Assembly (NCBI GenBank): GCA_043804515.1
Contig: JAZDIZ010000074.1
Span: forward strand, 1-58,534
Reading direction: 5' to 3'
DNA length: 58,534 bases
From: Pseudomonadota bacterium
Lineage (GTDB): Bacteria; Bdellovibrionota_G; JALEGL01; DATDPG01
The position numbers were made by a program, and so were the translations under genes. A model generated the notes under the pieces. That model was not told the origin of the DNA and searched no databases. It was given only the letters and a program-made list of their open reading frames with translations. Below, in pieces: positions 27,592 to 38,089 of the stretch. Numbering within the stretch: the first letter of the stretch is position 1; the number at the start of each line of letters is the position of its first letter.

Positions 27592-27873
27592 GGTGAAATG
27601 GTTACGTGTCCATCTTTGAGCCGACGTCGTGTTGACTTAAGGCGAGTCGCTACGGCCCTCCGCGCCACCCAGCCCTCGTTCCCCGCCTCCTCCGCCCCTA
27701 TAAACGAAGGCTCGCCTTTCGGATGGAGCGGCGAAGGTCGTGTTATCTCTGCGGCGGGACGGGGGGTCTGTCGGAGCGGAAGTAAGGCGCAGGACCGCTT
27801 GGCGGTCCGAGCCATGGAGCGGAGGCAGCCACCCGGCACGCCGCCTTTAACACTGTGGAGCAAGCGGAAAAAG

Positions 27874-27899
27874 AAAAGGCGGCCGAAGGGCCGCCTTTT
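27874..27899 (-). terminator. strong rho-independent terminator (usable on both strands) downstream of the 27922..28194 gene
   Basis: AAAA-GGCGGCC-GAAG-GGCCGCC-TTTT. On the minus strand the stem is followed by TTTTCTTTTT. It overlaps copy 2 of the 23-nt repeat. Confidence 0.8.
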
Positions 27900-27921
27900 C
27901 AAACTTCAAAAAGCTTAAAGC

Positions 27922-28194
27922 TTATTGAACAGGTGCCGGTGCTGCCGGAGCTGCTGGCTCCGTCGTGGTCTTTTCTTCCGTCTTCACGGTAGTCTTCTTG
28001 ACCTTCTTCGCATGCTTCTTCGGAGCCTTTGCTTCTATCTTCTTCTCGACCGTCGTCTCAGTAGCCTTGGTCTCCGTTGTTGTGGTGGGCTCTGTCGTCT
28101 TCGTGGTCGTGGTCGTGGTTTCCTGCGCCTTCGCAATACCAACCGCCATGAACGCAAACGCAGCGGCCAATAAAAACAATTTCTTCATTTCCAA
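27922..28194 (-). CDS. small secreted Thr/Lys/Glu-rich low-complexity protein
   Basis: AAAGGAG RBS 8 nt upstream of the ATG. Signal peptide MEMKKLFLLAAAFAFMAVGIAKA. Terminator 20 nt after the stop. Confidence 0.65.
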   Translation of the reverse strand: MEMKKLFLLAAAFAFMAVGIAKAQETTTTTTKTTEPTTTTETKATETTVEKKIEAKAPKKHAKKVKKTTVKTEEKTTTEPAAPAAPAPVQ

Positions 28195-28211
28195 ATCTCC
28201 TTTTCAGATTC

Positions 28212-28241
28212 AAAAAATCGTGGACCGGCCACATGCCGGTC
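28212..28241 (-). terminator. hairpin plus T-run downstream of lolA (weak call)
   Basis: Minus strand reads GACCGGC-ATGTG-GCCGGTC, then CACGA, then TTTTTT. The T-run is offset by 5 nt and the next start codon is only ~20 nt further, so this could be an attenuator rather than a full terminator. Confidence 0.3.
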
Positions 28242-28308
28242 GGATGACTCTGATTCATAATCTAACTTTGCGGAATTGGCCAATTTTTTACCTGTCCCCG
28301 GTCCCCGC

Positions 28309-28962
28309 CTAGAGCGGTACTCTTTTCGTCCCGGCCGGGGGCTTGAACTGGAAGCGCTTTGCCGGGATCTGTGAATTCGTCCGAAGACCGCTGAATCTAA
28401 GCTCGTTTTCGCCTCCCAACGCATCTTTGACGCGCGACGCTAAAACCAGCATCTGCTTGCCCCGCTTGAGCGTCAGCTCGACTTCCACGACATTGGGTAT
28501 CGGCTTGCGCGGAATGCAGCGCAGGCGGATCTCGTCCTTGGATTTCCCCTCTTTTTCCACTGTCACCGTGAACACGTCTTCGATCTTTTCTTTCCCCCAG
28601 AGAAAGGAGAGCGGAAGCGGCAACCCCTCATTTTCGGGGATCGGCGACACCAACGCTTGTTCATCCGCCGGGTCGTACAGCGTGAGTTCTTTCCCGTCGG
28701 ACAGCAGGACCCGCCCCTTCGGCACGGAGTAATCCCACCGCATCTTGCCGGGTTTTTGGATCCAAAGCTTCCCTTCGGCGGTCCGCGGCTCGAAACGCGC
28801 GGAGCGATACGTCTGGTGAAACCGGCCTTCGATCGTCTCGATCGTTTCGTACGTAGCCTGAAGTTCCTTGAGAACGTTTTGGGCTGTTTCGGCGGGAGCG
28901 GGCGTCGGGAACAGCAAGAGGCCCAACGCCAAATATGCTTCGGTTTTCATAATCATCCGCAC
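28309..28962 (-). CDS. lolA: outer-membrane lipoprotein carrier protein LolA
   Basis: Signal peptide, then LolA N-terminal pattern (LKELQATYETIETIEGRFHQ...GKLWIQKPGKMRWDY). GTG at 28962; alternative ATGs at 28956 and 28950. Confidence 0.85.
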   Translation of the reverse strand: MRMIMKTEAYLALGLLLFPTPAPAETAQNVLKELQATYETIETIEGRFHQTYRSARFEPRTAEGKLWIQKPGKMRWDYSVPKGRVLLSDGKELTLYDPADEQALVSPIPENEGLPLPLSFLWGKEKIEDVFTVTVEKEGKSKDEIRLRCIPRKPIPNVVEVELTLKRGKQMLVLASRVKDALGGENELRFSGLRTNSQIPAKRFQFKPPAGTKRVPL

Positions 28963-30030
28963 CTACTTCAATATTTTCGCGACCGCATCGTCGTCGGGGA
29001 TCGATTCCGAGAGCGGAACCAGGTTGTGAGCGTACCAATTCTGCGGCATCGCGTGGAGCGACGCCAATTTCGCATCCAGATCCGCTTCCCGGTGCTCCAC
29101 GATTTCGAGTTCTTCCGCAGGATCCTTGTCTTCGATCCCTGGCTTCTCCGTCGGCGCTTCCCGGTACCTTCGAAGCTCCTGTTCCACGAATTTGAGTTCT
29201 TTCGCCATCTTCAAGCGCGGGGCCTGGTTCAAAGCGGAAAGAGGTTCCTTCTTTCCGGAAGCTTCCGAAGCCCTCTGGACCTGGATGCGGCCCAAGTACT
29301 GACCCCTCTCCCCCGCTTCAAAAAGAAGCGTGTCCCCTTGTTGGACCGGTTCCCAGAGAAGCTGGCCTGTATACCCACAGATCGCAAGATCAATCCCGCT
29401 CAAGCTTTTCACGACTTCATCTCTCTCTTGCTCCGGGGCCGCAATGAGCAAAACCGTGAGATCCGCCTCCTTCTCCTTCTTAAGAATCGCTTGCTGCAAC
29501 TTGGTCTTCAAATCCACGGCGAGCTTCTGACGCGCGGAATCGGTTTTCGCCCGGCCCTCCGGCGTGAGGAAGGACGAGCGATATCCGAAGACCGCCACGC
29601 GCCAGCCGTCACGCTCCACTAGAAGCGCGGAACCGTCTCCCGCCAGGAACGGGATCCCCTTTTTCGCCTCCTCCGGAAGGGGAGCGTCGTTCTCCCCCGC
29701 CAAAACCGCGTCGTACCGTAATTGACGGTACACATCCGCGATTCGCGAGGCTTTTTGAAGAGCTTCCTTGGCGAGATGCTTCGGGATCTCGGGAGAGATA
29801 AAGAACGTGTTGCCGGCGTCCAGGAGCAGAACGGGGGCATGATCCGCCCTTTCGCGCGCAATTACGGTGGTCCGCCGCGCCAATCCGCCCAGCATTCCTT
29901 CCCCGCATCCGCAGGCCTTCGTCTCGCCCAGCGTATTGGACGTGTAGAAGATCGTAAGCGGCGCACGGTCGGACGCTCCTTGAGCAGGTGTGGCGACGAG
30001 CAACAGCGGAAGTAAGAACGCCGGCCTCAT
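28963..30030 (-). CDS. periplasmic calcineurin/5'-nucleotidase-like protein with apparently degenerate metal-binding motifs
   Basis: Signal peptide MRPAFLLPLLLVATPAQG. Layout resembles UshA-type metallophosphoesterases, but IFYTSNTLG, LDAGNTFF and LAGENDAPL replace the usual ND.HG, DAGD and GNHE motifs, and there is a CGCGEG insert. The ATG overlaps the ftsK stop (ATGA). Confidence 0.6.
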   Translation of the reverse strand: MRPAFLLPLLLVATPAQGASDRAPLTIFYTSNTLGETKACGCGEGMLGGLARRTTVIARERADHAPVLLLDAGNTFFISPEIPKHLAKEALQKASRIADVYRQLRYDAVLAGENDAPLPEEAKKGIPFLAGDGSALLVERDGWRVAVFGYRSSFLTPEGRAKTDSARQKLAVDLKTKLQQAILKKEKEADLTVLLIAAPEQERDEVVKSLSGIDLAICGYTGQLLWEPVQQGDTLLFEAGERGQYLGRIQVQRASEASGKKEPLSALNQAPRLKMAKELKFVEQELRRYREAPTEKPGIEDKDPAEELEIVEHREADLDAKLASLHAMPQNWYAHNLVPLSESIPDDDAVAKILK

Positions 30031-32390
30031 CCCTCGAACCGGCTCATGATCACTTCGCGCGGCTTTCCTACTTCCCCGGGGGCCAGCAAGCCTTCTTCCT
30101 CCATCCGTTCCACGATCCTGGCGGCGCGGTTGTATCCGATACGGAGCTTGCGCTGGATCATCGAGATCGAGGCCACGCGGTGCGCGCGCACGAGGTTCAA
30201 AGCCTGGGCGTACATCTCGTCGTCCTCGCCGTTCCCCTCCGCCGCAAGCAACTGCTCCTCCTGCGCCTTCAGAATCTCATGGTCGAAATCGGGGTTTCCT
30301 TGGGCCTTCCAGAAATCGGTAACCCGTTTCACCTCATTGTCCGTCACGAACGCGCCGTGAATCCGGTGCAATTTGGAGGTGCCGGGAGGGATGAACAGCA
30401 TGTCGCCGGCGCCCAGAAGGAGTTCGGCGCCTTTCATGTCCAGGATCGTGCGGGAGTCGATTTGGGACGAAACCTGGAAGGAGACGCGCGCCGGCATGTT
30501 GGCCTTGATCACGCCGGTAATGACGTCCACCGAAGGCCTCTGCGTGGCGAGGAGCAGGTGGATTCCGGCAGCCCGCGCCATCTGGGCCAGCCGGATGATG
30601 GACTCTTCCACCTCATGGCTGGACACCATCATGAGGTCGGCCAGCTCGTCGATCACGATCATGACGTACGGAAGGTTCCCTTTGTGCTCTTCAGGTTGGA
30701 CGGTCTGGGTTTCTTCCGCCGCGTCGAGCAGAAGCTCGGTCTCGGCGCCTTTCGGCTTTTTGCCTTCATCCCCCGATTCCCGCTCCTCCATCACCTTGTA
30801 GACTTTCTTGTTGTATCCCTCGATGTTGCGTACGCCGATGTCCGCCATGAGGCGGTAGCGCCGCTCCATCTCGCGGACGGCCCAGCGCAGCGCCGTCGCC
30901 GCTTTTCGCGGATCCGTCACCACCGGGAGGAGAAGATGGGGGATGTCTTCGTAAAAAGACAGTTCCAGCATCTTGGGATCAACCAGAATCATGCGCACTT
31001 CGTCCGGCGTGGCCTTGTAGAGCACGGAAAGGATCGCGCTGTTCACCGATACGGATTTCCCCGAACCGGTGGCGCCCGCCATGAGGAGATGCGGCATTTT
31101 TCTCAGATCGGACACGAACGGTATCCCGGAGATGTCTTTGCCGAGCGCGATCGTGAGGCGTGACGGGCTTTGGGCGAAAATGTCGTTCGCCAGGATGTCC
31201 TTTAAGTACACCACCTGCCGCTCCCGGTTGGCCACTTCGATGCCGATCACGGCCTTTCCCGGGATCAGGGTGATCCGGACCGACATGGCTTTGAGGGCCA
31301 GCGCCAGGTCGTCGTTTAAGCGCGTGATCTGGTTCACTTTCACGCCGGGGGCCGGCTCGAACTCGTACATCGTGACCACGGGGCCGGGCTGGACTTCGAC
31401 CACTTTCCCGAAGACGCCGAAGTCTTTGAGCTTGTGTTCCAGGATCTGGGCGTTGGCAAAGAGTTCGTCCCGGTTGATCTGAAGGCTCTGCATGGGAGGC
31501 GCCTCCAGAAGCGTGATGTCGGGGAGTTTGTATGTGCGTTTTTCCCTGCTCTTCTTTTCCTCGTCGCTGACCTCGTCCACGCTGTGGAACTTCGGCATTT
31601 CCTGGGTCTTTTTCACTTTTCCCAGGACGATCGGGATCGGGTGGGCGGGTTCCCCGCCGATCTTCGGATAATCCGACCGGCTCTCCAGCTTCTCCAACAG
31701 GGGGATCGCCGGTGGGGAGCTGGATCGGATTTCGTCCATCCCCCGCTCGATCTCCCTTTCCTCCTTTTCGAGCCTCATCCCGGCCGAATCCATGGTCTTC
31801 GCCCAAACGGGTTTGAGCCAGGATGCGAGGCCCAATACGACGCCCCAAAGCTTGCGCACCCACGCCATGAAACCGCCGAACGTAAGGCCAATGGCGAGAA
31901 CGAGTGAGCCCGCGAAGACGGCCAAAGCAAACAGGACGGCTCCGGTTCGCCCGGCGTACCGGACAAAGAACAATTTTTGGAGATACCCCAAGACGCCACC
32001 CCAAGCTGGAAGCCTGGGCTGGTCTCCTGCAGCCAGCGCACAGAAAAGCGTTACGGAACAAAGGAACAGGAGCACGCCGAAAAATCTCTGCGAAGCCCGC
32101 AACGCCGACGGCTTGAAAACAACGGCCCAGACGACGGCCAGAAGGAGGATCGGCAGGGCGTACGAGGCGTATCCGAACAGCTGCATGAGAATGTCGGCGG
32201 AGTAGCTTCCGGCAATTCCGCACAGGTTGCGGACGAAGCGTGGTCCCGCCACTACCGTATTGAGCGATGGGTCGAGCGGGTTGTAGGTCGCTACGGCCAG
32301 GAGCAGAAAAACCGCCACCGCCAACAAAAGGAAGCCGGCAAGATCCCGAAGTGGGGAGTGTCCGTTGGATTTTTGACTTGAGTTGGACAT
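30027..32390 (-). CDS. ftsK: DNA translocase FtsK
   Basis: N-terminal TM helices. Walker A GATGSGKSV. Gamma winged-helix ISMIQRKLRIGYNRAARIVERME. ATG at 32390 preferred over the track TTG at 32441. Confidence 0.95.
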   Translation of the reverse strand: MSNSSQKSNGHSPLRDLAGFLLLAVAVFLLLAVATYNPLDPSLNTVVAGPRFVRNLCGIAGSYSADILMQLFGYASYALPILLLAVVWAVVFKPSALRASQRFFGVLLFLCSVTLFCALAAGDQPRLPAWGGVLGYLQKLFFVRYAGRTGAVLFALAVFAGSLVLAIGLTFGGFMAWVRKLWGVVLGLASWLKPVWAKTMDSAGMRLEKEEREIERGMDEIRSSSPPAIPLLEKLESRSDYPKIGGEPAHPIPIVLGKVKKTQEMPKFHSVDEVSDEEKKSREKRTYKLPDITLLEAPPMQSLQINRDELFANAQILEHKLKDFGVFGKVVEVQPGPVVTMYEFEPAPGVKVNQITRLNDDLALALKAMSVRITLIPGKAVIGIEVANRERQVVYLKDILANDIFAQSPSRLTIALGKDISGIPFVSDLRKMPHLLMAGATGSGKSVSVNSAILSVLYKATPDEVRMILVDPKMLELSFYEDIPHLLLPVVTDPRKAATALRWAVREMERRYRLMADIGVRNIEGYNKKVYKVMEERESGDEGKKPKGAETELLLDAAEETQTVQPEEHKGNLPYVMIVIDELADLMMVSSHEVEESIIRLAQMARAAGIHLLLATQRPSVDVITGVIKANMPARVSFQVSSQIDSRTILDMKGAELLLGAGDMLFIPPGTSKLHRIHGAFVTDNEVKRVTDFWKAQGNPDFDHEILKAQEEQLLAAEGNGEDDEMYAQALNLVRAHRVASISMIQRKLRIGYNRAARIVERMEEEGLLAPGEVGKPREVIMSRFEG

Positions 32391-32591
32391 GTACAGCGTG
32401 ACGCTCCGCGAACACCCCGCAAAATGAGAATTATAGCCCAATCGCGCCTTTTTGGCCTAGTTTGCCCGGAATCCCCGGGAACTCCGGTTCGAAGCCTCCG
32501 GAATCCGCATTCCGGCCTCCGGTGGCCGGAATCCGATAGGAGCATTTGTATTTGCCACGCGTTGTCACATCGGCGTAACTGGTGCTGGGGA

Positions 32592-33323
32592 ATGAATATG
32601 AGGACTTGGATAACCCTTCTCTTGTTCCCGGATCTAGTCCCATTCTTGGGATCGGCGTTTGCACTCCTCTCGCCGGTTCCGTGCATGGCGGAGAAGGCGG
32701 CGGATATCAAGCAAGCCTTGCAGATCGCCGATGCCGAAGCGATGAAAGCAGCAAAGACAGCAACTCCGGAAAAGCGACGAATCGGGATCCCGGGGACCGA
32801 ACTTGCGGTCAAACATGAATCGCAGGGCAAACCGGACTGTTACGAATACGGCGACTATGTAATCGTTACGCGGGCCACCCCACAGAGCGTCGGCGAGGAC
32901 ATGTTGGTCGTCAAACGCAAAAGAGGGCAAGAGATCGGTGCCCTTTGCGGGATTGGCGAATCGCAGGCAGATCTGGTTGTTAGAAACAGGGACGCGGACT
33001 GGTTTTTTGGTCTTTGGAAGAGGTTTCTTTTCATCGACAGCGGCACAGGACCCGGCATACGGGGCCTAAGCATTATGGACGTTGAGGCCCATAAGCGCGT
33101 CTACGAAGCCCTGTACCTCGACGACGACTCGATCAAACTTAGTTCCACAGGCGACCTCGTTTTTTGGATTGAAGACGAACCCGCGACCGCGGAGAATTGC
33201 ACGGACTTTGCACAACACCAGAAGGACATTATGAGTTCGGCGATCGTTGCAAAGGTTAAGCTGAATCTTTTCACGCTTCGCGCCGAAAAACGCGGTGAGA
33301 GGCGTTGCATTCCGCAGATGTAA
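32592..33323 (+). CDS. hypothetical secreted protein
   Basis: ATG at 32592 gives MNMRTWITLLLFPDLVPFLGSAFALLSPVPCMA. No family recognised. GC looks lower than the surroundings. Confidence 0.6.
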   Translation: MNMRTWITLLLFPDLVPFLGSAFALLSPVPCMAEKAADIKQALQIADAEAMKAAKTATPEKRRIGIPGTELAVKHESQGKPDCYEYGDYVIVTRATPQSVGEDMLVVKRKRGQEIGALCGIGESQADLVVRNRDADWFFGLWKRFLFIDSGTGPGIRGLSIMDVEAHKRVYEALYLDDDSIKLSSTGDLVFWIEDEPATAENCTDFAQHQKDIMSSAIVAKVKLNLFTLRAEKRGERRCIPQM

Positions 33324-33428
33324 TTCAAACCATCAACAGAAACCGAGAATCCTTTTCCCCGACCTAGCGAACCTTCACAAGGTTCGGGCCGGTTCTGAGT
33401 GGGCCGGGACGATCCCAACCAGCAAATG

Positions 33429-33533
33429 GAAAAGGCGCTCATACCTAGAACTCCGGCTGGCGGTCTGGGGGTCCCCGACCGAGGAATATATGCCGCAGGG
33501 CGGGGGTGCACAGACCGACGGCCCGCACACATG
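33429..33533. repeat. intergenic structured element, copy A
   Basis: Blocks GAAAAGGCGCTC (33429-33440), TGGGGGTCCCC (33466-33476), GGGGGTGCACA (33502-33512) and GCACACATG (33525-33533), in the same order as copy B. Stem CCCCG(A)CC / GGCGGGG. Confidence 0.65.
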
Positions 33534-33606
33534 AACGAATTCTTCCGACAATAGATTGTCCAGTTACCCGGCCCACCTTTCGGCGGCCCTTCGTGAATGC
33601 TCCGGC

Positions 33607-35265
33607 CTAAACTTCCATGACGACGGGGATCACTACGGGCCTGCGGTCCACGCGGCTGCGGAAGAATCTCCTAAGGACAGCGCGGATCTCGTCCTGCATG
33701 GCGGCATCGTCGCGTTTGACGTTGCTGGCCAGTTTCGAAAGATGCTTTCGGAGCGCTTCCCTCGCCTCTTCCAGGACTCCTTCTCCGTCGTCCATCGTGA
33801 GGAATCCCCTCGTGAAAAGCTCGGGCTCCTGAAGAACGTTCCCCGAATGCCGGTCCAGGATGACGACGGCCACGACCATCCCGGTGGCGGAGAGATGCTT
33901 GCGGTCCCTGAGCACGTCGCTTCCGACTTCAACCAGGTCCTTACCGTCCACCACCGATTCGCGAAGCTCGATCGGAGGAAGCATCGAGGCCTTGCCGTCC
34001 AGAAACTCCACCCCCTGGCCGTCTTCGATGAGGAATGCATTCCCCTTTTTCACGCCCGTTTCCTCACCCAACGCCAGGTGAATCTTGAGATGCCTGTACT
34101 CTCCATGCACCGGAATGAAAAAACGGGGGTGGACCGCCCTGAGCACGCGAGCCAAGTCCTCCCGATAACCGTGCCCCGAAACGTGCACGTGGGCCCCCTG
34201 AGTGGAAAAGACATCGGCCCCCCGGCGACAGAGGTGATTGATGATCGAAAAGATGGCTTTTTCGTTCCCGGGGATGAACCGGGAAGAGAGGATCACGCGA
34301 TCGTTGGGCCGGAGACGCAGCCCCTTATGCTCGTCCAGGGCCATCCGGGCCAAGGCCGAGCGCACCTCGCCCTGCGTTCCCGTGGACAGGATGATGAGCT
34401 TCTTCCTGTCGATCCCGCGGACTTGCTCTTCCTCCACCAGCAAGCTGTCGGGAAACCTGAGATATCCCAACTTCCTTGCGATTCCGACGTTCTGGATCAT
34501 GGAGCGTCCGGCCAGGAGGAGTTTTTTCTTTTGTTGGACTGCGATATCGATCAACTGCTTGAGCCGCGGGATGTGCGAGGCGAAGCTTGCGATCACCGTC
34601 CAGCCCGAGCTCTCCCTGATCAGTTTTTCCAGATCCGCCCGGACCGTGCTCTCGGAAACGCTGGGCCCGGGGACCTCCACGTTCGTGGAATCGGACATCA
34701 GGAGAAAAACCCCCTCCTTGCCCAGCTCCGAAAAACGCTCCATGTCGGTTCTGCGGCCGTCCACGGGTTTCGGATCGATCTTGAAGTCCCCCGTGAGAAT
34801 CACGGTCCCCTCCGGTGTCCGGATCGCGAGAGCCAGGGCATCGGCGATCGAATGGCTCATCTCGATGAATTCGACCGAGAACGGGCCGAGTTTGATCCGG
34901 TCCCCCTCTTTCACTTCCTCGAGACGGGCGTCGCGGAGGAGTTCGTGTTCCGAAAGCCGGGCCTTCACCAGCGCGAGCGTGAACCTGGACCCGTAAACCG
35001 GAACGTCCCGCTGCCGAAGCAGATACGGCACACCGCCGATGTGATCCTCGTGCCCGTGGGTTAAAATGAGGGCCTTGAGACTTAGCGACGGATTGAGGAC
35101 GTAGGAAAGATCGGGAACCACCAGGTCGATCCCGGGAAGATCCTCGTCGGAAAACATGATTCCGCAATCCACAGCCACGGCTTCCATGCCGTACTGCACG
35201 ATCATCATGTTCATGCCGATTTCGCCTAAACCGCCCAGAGGCAGGATTTTCAATTTTTTCTTCAT
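33607..35265 (-). CDS. rnj: ribonuclease J
   Basis: [15 protein letters not shown]-terminus. Metallo-beta-lactamase HxHxDH ([11 protein letters not shown]). Beta-CASP and C-terminal domains. The ATG at 35265 overlaps the upstream stop (ATGA); an alternative ATG lies at 35277. Confidence 0.93.
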   Translation of the reverse strand: MKKKLKILPLGGLGEIGMNMMIVQYGMEAVAVDCGIMFSDEDLPGIDLVVPDLSYVLNPSLSLKALILTHGHEDHIGGVPYLLRQRDVPVYGSRFTLALVKARLSEHELLRDARLEEVKEGDRIKLGPFSVEFIEMSHSIADALALAIRTPEGTVILTGDFKIDPKPVDGRRTDMERFSELGKEGVFLLMSDSTNVEVPGPSVSESTVRADLEKLIRESSGWTVIASFASHIPRLKQLIDIAVQQKKKLLLAGRSMIQNVGIARKLGYLRFPDSLLVEEEQVRGIDRKKLIILSTGTQGEVRSALARMALDEHKGLRLRPNDRVILSSRFIPGNEKAIFSIINHLCRRGADVFSTQGAHVHVSGHGYREDLARVLRAVHPRFFIPVHGEYRHLKIHLALGEETGVKKGNAFLIEDGQGVEFLDGKASMLPPIELRESVVDGKDLVEVGSDVLRDRKHLSATGMVVAVVILDRHSGNVLQEPELFTRGFLTMDDGEGVLEEAREALRKHLSKLASNVKRDDAAMQDEIRAVLRRFFRSRVDRRPVVIPVVMEV

Positions 35266-36220
35266 ACCAGATGACATGCCGCGCTCTGGCCGTCCCGAAC
35301 CGGCCGGAGAAAAGGCGTTTCTCTTTTACAGCGTTCTTCCGCCAATGAACAGCGGGGATGGAAAACGCAGCCGGAAGGTGGAGAGGCCGCGTCCGGCACT
35401 TCGCCGCCCAGCACGATCCTGGGGCGCCGGCTTTTCGGGTCGATTGCCGGGACAGCCGAAAGCAAGGCTTTGCTGTACGGATGAAGAGCCGCCCCGGCTA
35501 GGCCCCGCGCCGGAAGCAGTTCCATCAAGCGCCCGAGGTACATCACCGCCACCCGGTGGGCGATGAATTCCACCACACGCAGATCGTGGGTGATGAAAAG
35601 GAACGCGAGCCCGCGCTCGGCCTGAAGGGCCTTGAGAAGGTTCAGGATCTGCGCCTGGATCGAGACGTCCAACGCGGAGACGGGCTCGTCGGCCACGATG
35701 AACTTCGGTTGTACCGCCAGGGCCCTGGCGACGCCGATCCGTTGCCGCTGGCCCCCGCTGAACTCATGAGGGAATCGGTCCAAAGCCTCGGCTCCAAGCC
35801 CCACGGTTTCCAGAACCTCGACAACGCGGGCCCGGATATCCCGCCGGGGCGCCAGGCGGTGGATGGCGAATGCCTCTCCCACGATGTCCCGTACCCGCAT
35901 CCGGGGGTCCAACGATCCGAACGGATCCTGAAAAATCATTTGGGCCTGCTTGCGGAACCGGCGCAGTTCCCGGGCGTCCAGCGCCGTGATTTCCGTGCCG
36001 TCGAAGCGCACGGAACCCGAGACCGGCTCCACAATCCGCAGAAGCGCCCGTCCCAACGTGGTTTTGCCGCAACCCGATTCGCCCACAAGGCCCAGGGTTT
36101 CTCCCGCCTCCACATCCAGCGAGACCTTTTCCACGGCTTGGATTTCCCGCGACGGCCGCCGGAACACGCCGCGGCGTGTTCGATACCGTACCGTCAGGTT
36201 TCGAATCTCCAGGAGCGCCA

Positions 36221-36221
<1 letters not shown>
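35262..36221 (-). CDS. ABC transporter ATP-binding protein, OppF/DppF type
   Basis: Walker [10 protein letters not shown]. Signature [15 protein letters not shown]. Oligopeptide-type C-terminal extension ([12 protein letters not shown]...CVFHPRC). ATG at 36221 in a TGATG overlap with the upstream gene. Confidence 0.9.
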
Positions 36222-37176
<955 letters not shown>

Positions 37177-37177
<1 letters not shown>

Positions 37178-38016
37178 CAACGGCCGATCAAATCCCGAGC
37201 GGAATCGAGCGGAGCCGGAGCAAGCGCGGCGGGCACGTTCAGGCGGAACGATTCCGGTTTGAGGCTCGGGTTCGATTCCACTTTTTGGAATTCCAGAAGG
37301 AGGGAGCCTTCGGACGTGGCGAAGCGGACGCTCGACGGATACGCCCCGGCCTGGGTATCCATCGGCTTTCCGAACTTCACCTCAAGCGGCGGCCCGCTCA
37401 GATAGCGGATCTCGGAAACCCACCCGTTTGAGGGATCGACGGTCAGCTCCACGAGCCGGGTTTGGCTTTCCCCGGCGATCCTGTAAAAGCGGCCCGTTTT
37501 TGTGATGCGGCCGACCCGCTCGATCTCGGGCGCCCCCTCCAGCAGGAGGCCTGTCCATTCCCTGTCCGAGAGATTCAATCCGAAGAGCGCCTTGAGACCT
37601 TCATTCACGCTTCCCTTGAGGTAGCGGCTCTTGGCCGGAACGTAGATCTGCATTTCCCCGGAGGCCACCGACACCAAGGATGCGGAGATCCCGAACCCTC
37701 CCGCCTCCAGAAAGAATCGGTCGGGATGTTCGGCCAGAATCCACCCCTGAAACCTGATACGTCGTCCGTGGCTCCGATATTCGGCCCGTGTTTCCGCCCG
37801 GAGACTGCCCAAGATCGCCCGCGCTTGCCGGGTCGAGTTCAGAAGGTCCTGGGCCGCCGGCGGAGTCACGGGGTGCGCGGCCTTGCCCTGGCACGCCGAA
37901 GCTGCCGCCAAAAGGAGAAGAGCGGCGATGCTCCTAAGGCTTGGAAAACTTCTTGAGCTTCCCGCGGATCCTTTGTTTGTCCTCTTCGTCCTTCGCAAAT
38001 CGGAATGACTTCTCAT
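37177..38016 (-). CDS. lipoprotein, LolB-like/DUF4292-like (assigned by sequence pattern only)
   Basis: Lipobox LAAASAC. Mature part has the pattern seen in LolB/DUF4292 proteins (LRAETRAEYRS...IRFQGWILAEHPDRFFLE...MQIYVPAKSRYLKG). Confidence 0.55.
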
Positions 38017-38089
38017 AGGTCGCCCTCGCCTTATCCTTCCTCCCCAGCTTCATCAATACGTCACCGTAGTGCTCCAAGATGACGGGTTC

